64,000 bases of DNA from Pelagomonas calceolata (GCA_918797485.1 CAKKNE010000001.1:3348001-3412000), one strand, 5' to 3'. Counted from the first letter of the stretch, positions 30,201 to 39,536 are shown. Numbers and translations: made by a program. Notes: generated by a model not told the origin, from the sequence alone.

Positions 30201-33200
30201 AGCGCCGCGCCACCCGCGACCGGATCGTAGATTTTCACACCGCCACGACAATAACAAGCAACACGCGGCTCGCCCGTCGCCGGATCCACGAACGTCGCCA
30301 AACACTCAGCACGAACCTCAAGCCGACACCGCTCCGCCCCACCCGCCGCCGTCAGACCCATCGGCCGCACGGCTGAGTACATCAAATTGCTCGCGACTCG
30401 CTTTGCGTCGTCGGCCAGGCGTCGCGCGGCAGGAGATGACTCCGCATCGGCGCGTAGCGTCATGCGCTGCCACAGCTGCTCGATAAGCGCCGCGCCCTGC
30501 GACAGCGCCTTCCGTGACAACACCACGGAGTCGGACAGCAGCAACGTGTCCTGACCCTTCAGAGCATGCAAGTCTGCCACGAAGGAGACAATGTCGCCAT
30601 CGCTCCGTTTCTCCACGTACGACAAGGCGCACGCCATGGCAACGGCCTTAGCCTCAGAACAAGACCGCTTCATATGAAACAGGCACCAACGCAACGCATA
30701 AGCATCCGACGCCACACCACCCTCGCCCTCGACGAAGGAAGCCAACACCTCATCCGCGGCCGCGTCGCTCGAGTACGACTCCGTATCCAGAACCCCAGCA
30801 CGAATCGCTCGAGCACACGCCCGTGCCAGCCGCCGGTGCGCCGCGTCCCGCGCGACGAAGAATGCGTCCTTCGAAGAGCGCTTGTCAAACGGCGCTTCGC
30901 CGGTCAGCCAGTCCGTCACGGTCTTATGTAGCACACCGATCACCTCGCCCTCGCGGAGCGGAAACAGTAGCGACACTTCCGCGCAGAGACGCTCGCAGCG
31001 AGCCCGATCCCAGCCGAGCGCTCCACTCGCAGCGTCAATTGTCAACGGCTCTGCAGCAGCGCAGATTAATTCAATGAGCGGCAGCGCGTCGCGCCACGCG
31101 CCATCATCAACAAACACGCGCCGAAAGTTCTCCGCGTAGATCTCGTCGAGGCCCGCCGGCAGCGCGCCGACGCTTGCAAAGTTGATCTTGCCGCTCGTCG
31201 CCTCGAGCTGGTCCGCAATGAGGCGCGCATAGAGCATGAGCCCGCCGGCCTTCCGTTCGAGCGAGGTCACGGCTGAATCTAGCGCCGAAGACCGCAATCG
31301 ATCCGTGATGAATGTCTGGAGCTCGTCCGCGCCGATGCTGGTGCCCTCGCACATCTTCGGTAGTGCTAGTCGAATCACCTCGTACTGCTTATGGGCGACG
31401 TGCTTCGCGTCCGCGACGCTCCTTAAATTCAGCTGAACCTCGGCGAGATGTTTTCGGCCGTCGTCGAGGCGCACGCTGACGTTCAAATTTATGTCGCGGT
31501 AGCCGAGCGGCGTCGGGTGCGCGAACTTGTTTTTTAATTGAGCAATCTCTAGCCCAAGGCCACCGCCGTCCAATGCAGTCAGCACCTTCAGAAGGTCGGC
31601 GGCGTTCTCGAACAAAACTGTCGCGCGGGCTAGATCCCGAAACTTCTCGGGATGCGGCACACCATTCTTGTCGGTGTACTTGTCCGCAAGCTTACGATCT
31701 GCTGATTCACGTCCTTTCACGCCCGGGTCCGAGACGTCGCCAGTGAGCGTCTTCAGCGCGGCGATCAAGATCGTCTGCGCCAGAGCTGCGTCGGCGTAGA
31801 GCTTCTCGAAGTCGGTCTCGTCTTGCATCAAGTCGAGACGTCGCTCCTTATACTTCTCGAGATCGTGGATCCCGGCGACGCCGCGGACCGCCTCGTCGTA
31901 CGCGCCCTTTGACCGGCGCAGCGGATCCTCGAGGTCGGCGAACGTGTCGAGATTCTTCAAGCCCGGGAACTTCGCCTCGACCTCCTGCCGCAGCGACTCC
32001 ATCGTCACCTCGAGCTCGACGTGTTGCTTCGCGAGTACCGTCAGGTACGCCCTCACGTCCTGCCGGTTCCGTCCTTCGTCGACGCGGAGCTCCGTCGGCG
32101 TGTAGCCGGACAGGGCAGCTTTAATCTGCGCCTCATCGCGGCTCGTCGCGACTATTTTGATCCATGGTGGCAGCTCTTTCAGCTCGGTTGAGAGCAACGA
32201 CAACACCGGCTTGAGCGCGTCGCGGGGCAGCTCGTCGAGCGCGTCGATTATCAAAACAAGCGCGTTGTCCGCGTCACGGGGCGCCTCGACGCTTTGCAGC
32301 GGTTTTGCTATTAAAGCCTCGAAGAGCTCGTCGACCTTGTCCGTCTTGACGTCCGCGGTCTCCGTCAGTGCGTCTTCGAAGCCCTCGACCGTTGCGCAGA
32401 GCATGCCCGCCAGAGACCGCAACAGCACCGCTGGCGCGGACCGCGCCGGCTCGGTGTGCTTACAGAAGTGCCACGCCGCTGCGTTTTCTTTGCCGAGCAG
32501 CCGCACGAGTAGCTCCGCAGCGGCGACGCTCTTTCCCGTGCCGCCGCCGCCCACGAGCCAGAAGAGCTTTGCTGATTCCGGATCAACGCGCCATTTCTCG
32601 ACAAAGTCGAAGACCCACTCGCGTGTTCCTTTCAGATGTTGTTGGCGTTTGTCGGCGATAATAGCGGAGAAGTCCAATGCCTCGGCAACACCTGGCCGAT
32701 CGGTGCGGTGGAGTCGCTCGTGGAGTTGGTCGGAGAAGCCGGCGGCCCTCCTTCGCGCCATGGTATGTAGGGACGCAGCCCAGCCGACTTTCGCGATGCT
32801 CCTCTTCCAACGTGCCCTCGCGACGAGAGACTTTTGCCGCTGTTCGTCCGCTTCCTTTCGCGCTGAATCATCTTCTACCGCATCCAAGGCGTCGTCGACG
32901 TGCCGATCGGGCAACCGCCGCGCCGCGTACGGCCGCGACGCGAGGCGCGCCGCGGCCTGGACCTCTTTCGCCGCGGCCGCGACGGCGCCGGCCTCTTCGC
33001 TCGGATCCGCGCCGGTCGCGCCGTCGTCCGCGCCCGCCATCTTCCGGACGCGCTCGATCACGCCCGTCAGCTCGGCCACGGGCACGTTTCGGTCCGGAAC
33101 CGGCGACGCGGCGGCCTCGTTTTGTGGCAAGTCGATGTCGTACGCCCGCGCTTCCCGGACCAGCTGCTCGACGGCCTCGCCGCGACGAGCGATGGCCTCC

Positions 33201-33958
33201 TCGCGGGACGCCACCTGGCCTTCGCGCGCCACGACCTTCTCGCGTTGCGTTTCCAGGAAGGCCTCAATCTCCTTCACGCCGCGGGCCATCCGCCGCTTCC
33301 GCGCAAACTCCTTCTCGATGAGTTTTCGCTCCGCGACGGCCACTCTCTTCTTCGCCTCGCGGTTCTTTTGCGCCAGGACCGCTCGCGCCTTCGTCACGCG
33401 GTCCGTCAGCGCGTCCTTCTGCCTCCGTAGCACGTCCTCGGCGACGGCGACCTCGCGCTTGAGCGCGTCCAGCTTCTCGCGCTTGTCGCCCTGCGCGGCG
33501 ACCATATTGTCCATGTGCCCGGCGACCGTGTCGTTCAGTTTCGCCTCGAGCGCCCGCTCGCGCGCCGCGACCCTCATCTCGCGCACGGCCAGCGCCGTCT
33601 CCGCGTCCGCGAAGGAGGCGAGCCGCTGCATGACTGCCTCCTCGCGCATGGCGCCTAGTTTCTGACAGGCCGCTTCCCGCGCCTCGGCCGCGGCGACGCC
33701 CGACCGCGCGCGCAGGACCACCTCGGCGTCGAGGCTCTCGAACTTCTGGCGCAGCTCGGTTTCGAGCACACCTACGCCATCTTCGCGCTTCTGGAGCGCC
33801 GCCTCGCTCGCGGCGATGTGTTGTTCGCGGGCCTTGATTGCTTCCTCGTACAACCGCTGCTCTTCCCGTGCGGCAGCTTCTTGCTGGAGTTTCAGGGCGC
33901 GGGCTGCCTCGTCATTTTTGCCCTTCTTGCTGCCCTTCTTGCCTCCTTTCTTGGGCAT
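27206..33958 (-). CDS. NLR-like STAND NTPase: coiled coil, NACHT with inserted RelA/SpoT-like domain, about 14 WD40, 11 ankyrin repeats (2250 aa)
   Basis: GTREWVF, WLVGGGGTGKS (Walker A, K476), WHFC, LIIDALDE (Walker B, D572), KIVATSR, KAGGLMLYARL, LPAGLDEIY, VLHKTVTDWL; 13 FxDPATGxxRLAxG repeats plus 1 degenerate; TPLYVACxxGHVD ankyrins. Confidence 0.9.
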   Translation of the reverse strand: MPKKGGKKGSKKGKNDEAARALKLQQEAAAREEQRLYEEAIKAREQHIAASEAALQKREDGVGVLETELRQKFESLDAEVVLRARSGVAAAEAREAACQKLGAMREEAVMQRLASFADAETALAVREMRVAARERALEAKLNDTVAGHMDNMVAAQGDKREKLDALKREVAVAEDVLRRQKDALTDRVTKARAVLAQKNREAKKRVAVAERKLIEKEFARKRRMARGVKEIEAFLETQREKVVAREGQVASREEAIARRGEAVEQLVREARAYDIDLPQNEAAASPVPDRNVPVAELTGVIERVRKMAGADDGATGADPSEEAGAVAAAAKEVQAAARLASRPYAARRLPDRHVDDALDAVEDDSARKEADEQRQKSLVARARWKRSIAKVGWAASLHTMARRRAAGFSDQLHERLHRTDRPGVAEALDFSAIIADKRQQHLKGTREWVFDFVEKWRVDPESAKLFWLVGGGGTGKSVAAAELLVRLLGKENAAAWHFCKHTEPARSAPAVLLRSLAGMLCATVEGFEDALTETADVKTDKVDELFEALIAKPLQSVEAPRDADNALVLIIDALDELPRDALKPVLSLLSTELKELPPWIKIVATSRDEAQIKAALSGYTPTELRVDEGRNRQDVRAYLTVLAKQHVELEVTMESLRQEVEAKFPGLKNLDTFADLEDPLRRSKGAYDEAVRGVAGIHDLEKYKERRLDLMQDETDFEKLYADAALAQTILIAALKTLTGDVSDPGVKGRESADRKLADKYTDKNGVPHPEKFRDLARATVLFENAADLLKVLTALDGGGLGLEIAQLKNKFAHPTPLGYRDINLNVSVRLDDGRKHLAEVQLNLRSVADAKHVAHKQYEVIRLALPKMCEGTSIGADELQTFITDRLRSSALDSAVTSLERKAGGLMLYARLIADQLEATSGKINFASVGALPAGLDEIYAENFRRVFVDDGAWRDALPLIELICAAAEPLTIDAASGALGWDRARCERLCAEVSLLFPLREGEVIGVLHKTVTDWLTGEAPFDKRSSKDAFFVARDAAHRRLARACARAIRAGVLDTESYSSDAAADEVLASFVEGEGGVASDAYALRWCLFHMKRSCSEAKAVAMACALSYVEKRSDGDIVSFVADLHALKGQDTLLLSDSVVLSRKALSQGAALIEQLWQRMTLRADAESSPAARRLADDAKRVASNLMYSAVRPMGLTAAGGAERCRLEVRAECLATFVDPATGEPRVACYCRGGVKIYDPVAGGAALVVIDVDSHVEALAVFKDPATGEPRLACGCQDKKVRIYDPVAGGEALLVIDVGSNVYSLAVFTDPATGAPRLACGTSKNDSATDSWIYDVRVFDPVAGGEALVVLKMDDEVDALAAFKDPATGAPRLACASEKKVLVFDPVVGGDALLVLDIGSYVNALAVFKEPATSTPRLACSSDDGKVRIFDAVSGGNALLMLRVGSPVKGLVVFKDLATGASRLASGSRDKKVRVFDPFAGGEALVVLEGHTGLVTALTAFTDPATGESRLVSGSMGYNNDVRVWNPAAGSAAIKDKPEGHSGGVHALLTFVDPATGALRVATGSLDKTVRVWDAVTGGALLVIGVGKRVNALAFFVDPATGAPRLACGCDEGVRVFDAVAGGEALLELHVRAGALEVFTDPATGAQRLACGVNIADSDSDSDSDSGPSGEVRVFDPVAGGEALVVIDVGSKVWALAVFADPATGELRIACGCQDGKVRIFDPVAGGEALVVLEGGGSSLVVFTDPATGGLRLASGSDDKSVRIWDLVAGGATLFVLEGHTGYVYVLTAFADPATGETRLASGSYDKTLRVWDANKGGAALRVVSFDDAVKTLTVGRDTSRLFVASGKRWGELRVESGTTPLTLACYKGDVAAISAFLQRGAGVDQRDDDGYTPLFVASSKGHVDAARLLLDAGAAVDKRREGDFSPFGIACALGHVDVATLLVERGADTAAVNTCSGGTPPLLFACRQRNLDAMQLCLEHGADVNWANEYGKTILYDACKNGSVDAARLLLDKGAEVDRADEDGRTPLYVACRGHVDAARLLLDNGAEVDRAREDGTTPLYVACQKGHVDAVQLLLDNGAEVDRAPESGMTPLYIACSNGHVDAARLLLKCDAEVDLATKKGTTPLYVACQRGHVDAARLLLEKGADVHKATNRKRTPLHGVCDYFQCRDSHIEVARLLLANGADVDRKDKSGKTPMALAEDQGHSDMVALLVACKVQTVPAPAPAAAAEAPAPAAPGLEPCL
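28942..28974. repeat. (CTGAGT)5.5 microsatellite encoding DSDSDSDSDS in a WD40 loop
   Basis: Read directly from the sequence. Confidence 0.9.
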
Positions 33959-34411
33959 GGCTCTTATTCGTCGTGTTTACTGGTGGCTGCGAATTGCGGT
34001 GCTTGATTACTATGGGCTGCCGCGTCCTGTGCTTGCTTTGCTGCACAGCGCCAACTGTACAGCGGCCGGCGTCCAACCCCCCCTCCAAGCTCTTACCCTA
34101 GCCCCTCTAGCCCCCCTTCAAGACGCGCGAGGAATCACGCGCAGGAGGTCTGGGCCCGGCAGCGCACCGGAACTCATACGAAGCCTGCTCTAAACGGCCG
34201 CACTCGCGACGACGCAAACGCAGACGACGCAGATAGCCCAACCCGCGCGCACACCCGATGCACTGCGGGACGTCGCGCGACAAGTCGATTGAACGGGCGA
34301 GCGTTGCATATGGTTCGGGGGGTCTGGCGGAGGCATGCTATCATGAAAGACGCGGCACGCGCCCGCCGCCCACTAGTCCTGTTGTGCAAACCGGATTCGA
34401 GAGATATGCAC

Positions 34412-36433
34412 TTACCACGACTTCCGCGCGCCGCGGCCCCCTTTGCCCCGCCCGCGGCCCCCGCGGCCCCGGCCCTTGCCGCCGCGCCCGCCGCCGCGGC
34501 CGCCCTTGGAGAAGGACGCGCGCTCCTTGAGCCGCGGCAGGTCCTGCACGTCGACCGCAACACCATCCAAGCCCTCGAGCTGCGCCTTGTGCTTCGCCGG
34601 CACGTCGAAGACGGCGCCGTCCGAGTCGGCGACGAGCTGCATGCCCTTGAAGGCATCACAAATATCGGGCGGGAGGCTTCTCCTTAAAAAGTTCCAGACG
34701 TACGAGATGGAGTGGATCTGCAGGCCCGCGGCGTAGAGGCACGTCACGTAGTTCTCCGTGTTCGTTAATAAAGATCGGTCCGGGGGCTTGCCCGCCTCGT
34801 AGCCGGCAATTTTCGCGAGGCACGCCTGGACGGCTTTTTCCGGCGAGCCAAAAAAAGTTGCTAAGGTTGCCGCCTCGTCGCTGAAGCAGGGCAGGGCGCT
34901 CCGGTCGACGGCCTCCACACTGACACGCGCCTGCAGCGCCGCCGCACCCAGGACATCCCTGGCTCGCGGCGCGGCCACCCAATCGAAGGTGTTCCGCGTC
35001 GCTCTCTCAATTTCGCGTAACGTATCTCTATGTTTCAATTGATACAACGTGACACACGTACCCTTCCTTCCCGCTCGGCCCGTTCGGCCCGACCGGTGGA
35101 CATAGGTCTCCGTGTCGGCCCAACCCGAGCGAGTCGCGGGAGGCTTGTTCATCACCACTAAATCAACAATGCAGTCCAAACCCCGCGCCGCCACATCGGT
35201 CGCAACCAACACCGAAAACTTCTTCTCGCGGAAGGCCTTCATCGTCTTCTCGCGCAGCGCTTGCGGGATGTCGCCGTGCAGAGCTCTCCGATCAAAGGTG
35301 ATGTCCTTGCTTTCTATAACATCATTACATTCCGCCTTCGTTTCACAAAATACTATCGTACTACCAGTACCGTAGGCCCCCACCACATCATTTATAACTT
35401 TATGGTTTTGACTCCACGACGACACGGGCACGCACGTATGTTTTACATCGGTGGAGGCTTGCACTATTTTATTGAGGCCGTCCTTGCCCCCACCGACCAG
35501 GTCGATCTCCGCCAACGACGTCTGATTCTGGCAGTACTCGCCCGCGATCTTCTTGACCCACGGCGGTAATGTAGCAGAAAACAGCAGTAACTGCCTATCG
35601 ACGGTCTTGCCCATGGCCGCGAAGATCTTCTCCAGTTCATCCTTGAAGCCCATGTCCAGCATCTGGTCCGCTTCGTCGAGGACCGCGAATTTCAACTGGG
35701 ATAGCTGCAGGACCTGTTTCTCAATCAGGTCCATGGTCCGCCCCGGCGTGCCTACCACCACATCTACTCCTCGTCTAAGAGCGTCGCAGGACGGGCCGTA
35801 GGCCGAGCCGCCATACACACATAACGTCTTCAGTCGATTCCGCGAGATCTCCGCGAAGTCGCCCAGGACCTGCTGGGCGAGTTCTCTCGTCGGCGCTAGG
35901 ACCAACGCCCTCGGTTCCCGTGTCGACTTCTCAGCGATCAGGGACTCGATGATGGGTAGGGCGAAGGCTAGCGTCTTCCCGGTACCGGTCCGCGCCCTTG
36001 CGAGGAGATCGCGCTTCTCGTCGAAAATTGTCGAAAATGTGGCCGCTTGGATGGGGAACAAGACCTTGACGCCTCGAGCTTGTAAAGCCTGCCTTGTCAC
36101 GGACGAGAGGGAGAAATCACCTAACGCTTTGCTACCTTCCGGCGCGGTCGCGAGGGCCTCCTTCGAGGCCTTGTCCTGGGCGTCGACGGACCGCGTGCGC
36201 GGCCGCGAGTCCGTCTCCATGCCCGCATAAAAGGAATCCTCGGTCTTGGCCTTCTTCTTTTTTTTCGGGGCGTCGGCGTCGTCTTCGCTCGCCTTGCGTT
36301 TTTCTTTCTTCTTCTTCTTTTTCTCGGGCACGGGCTCGCCGGCGGCCGCGAGGCGCTTCTTTTCCGCTTTTCTAGCGGCCTTGCGCTCGGCCTTGGCCTT
36401 GGCCTTGGCGGTGTCGCTGTCGTCGCTGTCCAT
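34412..36433 (-). CDS. DDX21: DEAD-box RNA helicase DDX21/DDX50/RH7 type with GUCT domain and RGG tail
   Basis: ARTGTGKT, PTRELA, VLDEADQML, SAT, ARGLD, YVHRSGRTGRAG; Lys-rich N-terminus; GAVFDVP GUCT motif. Confidence 0.93.
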   Translation of the reverse strand: MDSDDSDTAKAKAKAERKAARKAEKKRLAAAGEPVPEKKKKKKEKRKASEDDADAPKKKKKAKTEDSFYAGMETDSRPRTRSVDAQDKASKEALATAPEGSKALGDFSLSSVTRQALQARGVKVLFPIQAATFSTIFDEKRDLLARARTGTGKTLAFALPIIESLIAEKSTREPRALVLAPTRELAQQVLGDFAEISRNRLKTLCVYGGSAYGPSCDALRRGVDVVVGTPGRTMDLIEKQVLQLSQLKFAVLDEADQMLDMGFKDELEKIFAAMGKTVDRQLLLFSATLPPWVKKIAGEYCQNQTSLAEIDLVGGGKDGLNKIVQASTDVKHTCVPVSSWSQNHKVINDVVGAYGTGSTIVFCETKAECNDVIESKDITFDRRALHGDIPQALREKTMKAFREKKFSVLVATDVAARGLDCIVDLVVMNKPPATRSGWADTETYVHRSGRTGRAGRKGTCVTLYQLKHRDTLREIERATRNTFDWVAAPRARDVLGAAALQARVSVEAVDRSALPCFSDEAATLATFFGSPEKAVQACLAKIAGYEAGKPPDRSLLTNTENYVTCLYAAGLQIHSISYVWNFLRRSLPPDICDAFKGMQLVADSDGAVFDVPAKHKAQLEGLDGVAVDVQDLPRLKERASFSKGGRGGGRGGKGRGRGGRGRGKGGRGARKSW

Positions 36434-36715
36434 TGTTGGTGTTTGTTGTGGTGCGCTGCTGGAGTTTGCTCTTAGCGTTTGTTGTTGCTTCTCAGCGGTC
36501 AGCAGCCGAAGTAGGTGCGTTGTTTGTCGCTGCTGCCAGGAGTTGCTCTCTCAGTGGTCACAGCTGAAGTAGCTCTCCGGTTGTTGTCGCGTCGCTGTGG
36601 ACCGATGCCGCAGTGACAGCGTGCGATGCGTGCTCGTGGAAACGCTGCTAATTCGCGCCGCGGTCGTAGCGGCGGTCGTAGCGGGCTCTGGGGTGCGCCG
36701 TCCAAAAAAATAATC

Positions 36716-36744
36716 GCTAGCCCCCGTAGCGTGTAAGACACTAG
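36716..36744 (+). promoter_or_regulatory. Double-CTAG upstream motif (…GTAGCGTGTAAGACACTAG)
   Basis: Perfect GTAAGACACTAG core upstream of DDX21. Confidence 0.6.
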
Positions 36745-36762
36745 CAAATTTTTTCCCGAGTT

Positions 36763-36818
36763 CTCCCAGCCCTGGGCAGGGGCCCCGCCAACTAGTCCTA
36801 GCACCGTAACATCACACC
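36763..36818 (-). repeat. Dispersed ~55-bp 3'-flanking element
   Basis: CTCCCAGCCCTGGGCAGGGGCCCCGCCAACTAGTCCTAGCACCGTAACATC; about 52 bp beyond the stop at 36870. Confidence 0.7.
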
Positions 36819-36869
36819 GCCCATACGAGTCTTCCTTTGAAGCAGGATTCTTGATACACAAATTACACA

Positions 36870-39536
36870 TCAAAACAACCCCACCCGCTCGGCCAAATGC
36901 TCCACACGCAGCGACGAAGCGAAGAGCCCAGAGTCGAACGCACCGAACGGCAGGAACTCCAGCGCCCTCGGCCGCCCGGGGAGCAGGGCGAACGCGTTGT
37001 CCGCGAATCTGCCCAGGGAACGCGTCGTGAGCACCACGAACAAGGCCGTTGCGTTCGTCTCCAAAGCGACCTCGCGGCCGCGCGCTTCGTACTTTACTTG
37101 CGCGGCCGATAGGCGCAGGTCCGCGGGCCGTGCCAGGATCAGCTCGGAAGACGAAACGACGACCCCCGCTTCGTCGACGCATTTTATGAGACAAAGCGTC
37201 CGCGTCGCGTCGACGGCGCCCAGCGGCGCCGAGAAGCGCTCGAGCACCGCGGGGCCCGGCGCCAACGCGACGCGTCTCGTCAGGAACCTGGTCTCGCGGC
37301 CCGTCGTGAGGTCCACAGAGTCGATAATGACCGCGCCGGTGAACGGGCGGTGCGACCGGTCGTTCCGCACGTAGCACCGTCCCGTCCGGTCGCACGCCGC
37401 CACCACGTCGCGGAACAGACTCTTCGCATACCAGTAGTGGTGCGGCTTCCAGCGGCCGCCGTACTCGAGCGAGCCCCAGCCGCCCGTCGGCCAGACTTCA
37501 TTCAATTGCCAGACGAGGTGGCCGAGCTCGTTGCGCGAGCGGTGGGCCTCCACCAGGTTCTTGATCAGCAACGCGCTGGCGAGGCCGCACAGGTACAACG
37601 ATGAAGCGAAGTGTTGTGTGGTGTTGAGGTACGCCACCAACGCGGGTGGTGTGCTACCGGGCCGCAGGTAGTCCGCCGAGCCACCGAAGAAGCTCCCGAC
37701 AAAGTTCGCGCAGGGGTAGTTCCGCCGCGCCAGCACGTTACCGCCGCGACACACGTTCGGAAAGCCGTCGCCCTCACAGACGTCCGGCGGCTGATTGCCG
37801 AAGAGCGACCGGTACCGCGGCGATAGAGTGGAGGCGAGGGATTCGGGAGAGGACCAGGCCACGGCGCCGAACTCCGAAATAAATGAAGACGCGTGACTTA
37901 GCCCGACGGGGCCCTCGTCGAAAATTACCGATGTCGCCACGGGCTCGTAATTTGTGACGCCGTTCACGGCCGGAAAGCCGCCTCCTCTTATATACGGCCC
38001 GTGCGCCTCGATCGCCCCGGAGTCCCGCGCTTGCAGTGCCGTCCCGTCCGGCGTGGCCCAGAGCCGCGCGACGCCGGAAACCCAGCCATTTGACGGCGAC
38101 GCCGGCCAGATCGCTTTTGTGGGATCCTCCGCCGCTATCACACCAAGCAAATCCACGTAAATGCTCAAGTCCGTGCACTCGTTGCAGCCGCTCCACATAA
38201 ACAAACTCGGGTGAGAACTGAGGCGGCGGACCTGGTGCCGGATCTCGTTCCGTTCAGTGATTGTGCCGCGGGGCGCGTGGCCGCTCTGGGCGAACATCAA
38301 GTCGTGGTAGACGAGGAGACCGCGCTCGTCGCACGCGTCGTAGAAGGCCCTTGGTAAGAAAACGCCGCCGCCCCAGACGCGCACCGTATTGAAACCGGCC
38401 GCGGCCGCGCTCGCCACCAGCCGTTGCTGCCGTTCGGCCGTGTCGCGCCCCTCGAGGTTGTCGACCGGGACGACGTTCGCGCCCCGCGCCCAGAGCGCGG
38501 CGCCGTTCACGCGGAGGAAGAGGCCGTGGGACGCCGTGCCCGAGGCGTTCTTTGACTTTGATATGTATGCTGGGTCCGTGTCGTCGCCCGTGACGAGGGC
38601 GACGGTCCGGAAGGCGACGCGGCGCTTCGTCGTGATGCTGTTCGTATCCACCGAAACCTCGTAGAACGCGCGAGCTCCAAGTCCGTTCGGCCGCCAGAGG
38701 GCGACGTTAGAGGCGCTCGGTAGGTCGAGGGCCAGCGTGCTCTCTCCCGCCGCTACATCTACAGTCACTTGCATGGAATCGGTGGACCAGTTGCCGGTCG
38801 CGGTCACTTGCAACGACGCCGGCCGGTCCGCATCAATATAAATCTTGACGGCGACGTCGAAATCGCCATCGGCGAGTGGCTCCGTCGGGTACGCGCCTCG
38901 ATACGTAATTCGCGGCACGAGGTGCGTGACAAAAACTCCAGAACCACTCTCTGCCAGGTATATGCTCTTCCAGGGCCCCCGCGTGAAGGCCCGGCCCTGT
39001 TTGGTACTTATGTAGGGCGCCCAGTCCCAGCCGCCCGAGCACGCCGCGAACCGGCCGCCGACGTCGATCGATGGATCGAAGATCAGCTCGAGCTTGTTCG
39101 TCTCCCTAATTAGGTCCGTGGACGCGTTCCTCACATCAAAAACGTAGCGGAGGAACTGGTCGCGGACCGTCCCCAGCGGCACGTGGTTCAGTGTGACAGT
39201 CGCGCCCATCTTCACACCGTCGAACACCAGCAAAATGCGTGCCGCGTCGCTCCGTGCCTCAAAGGCCGTCCGCAGCGTCCACGTGCGGTTCCAGACCGGC
39301 GCGTCGCGCACAAAATTGTCGTCCCGCAGGGGGTCGCCGATCGCGCCGGCCCGCTCCAGGTCCGTGACGACGTCGCCGGGCACGGACGCCGATATCGTGA
39401 AGCCGTCGTCGTCGCGATACCAGGACCACGTGCCACCGTCGAGGTAGGTGATGGCGTCCGCGCCGATCGGGTCGTCGACGAGGGAGCCGGCTCGTGTGTA
39501 GCAGCAGCAGAGGAGCGCTGCCGCCCAGCATCGCAT
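36870..39536 (-). CDS. Beta-mannosidase, glycoside hydrolase family 2, secreted/lysosomal
   Basis: Signal peptide; VPGDVVTDL, GGWDWAP, ARGANVVP, FNTVRVWGGG, HPSLFMWSGCNE, ISEFG, WQLNEVWP..GWGSLEY. Confidence 0.92.
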   Translation of the reverse strand: MRCWAAALLCCCYTRAGSLVDDPIGADAITYLDGGTWSWYRDDDGFTISASVPGDVVTDLERAGAIGDPLRDDNFVRDAPVWNRTWTLRTAFEARSDAARILLVFDGVKMGATVTLNHVPLGTVRDQFLRYVFDVRNASTDLIRETNKLELIFDPSIDVGGRFAACSGGWDWAPYISTKQGRAFTRGPWKSIYLAESGSGVFVTHLVPRITYRGAYPTEPLADGDFDVAVKIYIDADRPASLQVTATGNWSTDSMQVTVDVAAGESTLALDLPSASNVALWRPNGLGARAFYEVSVDTNSITTKRRVAFRTVALVTGDDTDPAYISKSKNASGTASHGLFLRVNGAALWARGANVVPVDNLEGRDTAERQQRLVASAAAAGFNTVRVWGGGVFLPRAFYDACDERGLLVYHDLMFAQSGHAPRGTITERNEIRHQVRRLSSHPSLFMWSGCNECTDLSIYVDLLGVIAAEDPTKAIWPASPSNGWVSGVARLWATPDGTALQARDSGAIEAHGPYIRGGGFPAVNGVTNYEPVATSVIFDEGPVGLSHASSFISEFGAVAWSSPESLASTLSPRYRSLFGNQPPDVCEGDGFPNVCRGGNVLARRNYPCANFVGSFFGGSADYLRPGSTPPALVAYLNTTQHFASSLYLCGLASALLIKNLVEAHRSRNELGHLVWQLNEVWPTGGWGSLEYGGRWKPHHYWYAKSLFRDVVAACDRTGRCYVRNDRSHRPFTGAVIIDSVDLTTGRETRFLTRRVALAPGPAVLERFSAPLGAVDATRTLCLIKCVDEAGVVVSSSELILARPADLRLSAAQVKYEARGREVALETNATALFVVLTTRSLGRFADNAFALLPGRPRALEFLPFGAFDSGLFASSLRVEHLAERVGLF

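Noticed and set aside
28400..30330. Regularly spaced DNA repeats (CCCGTCGCCGGGTC about every 130 bp) resembling a CRISPR array
   Set aside because: They are in-frame WD40 coding repeats; the spacers are homologous to each other, there are no cas genes, and the context is eukaryotic
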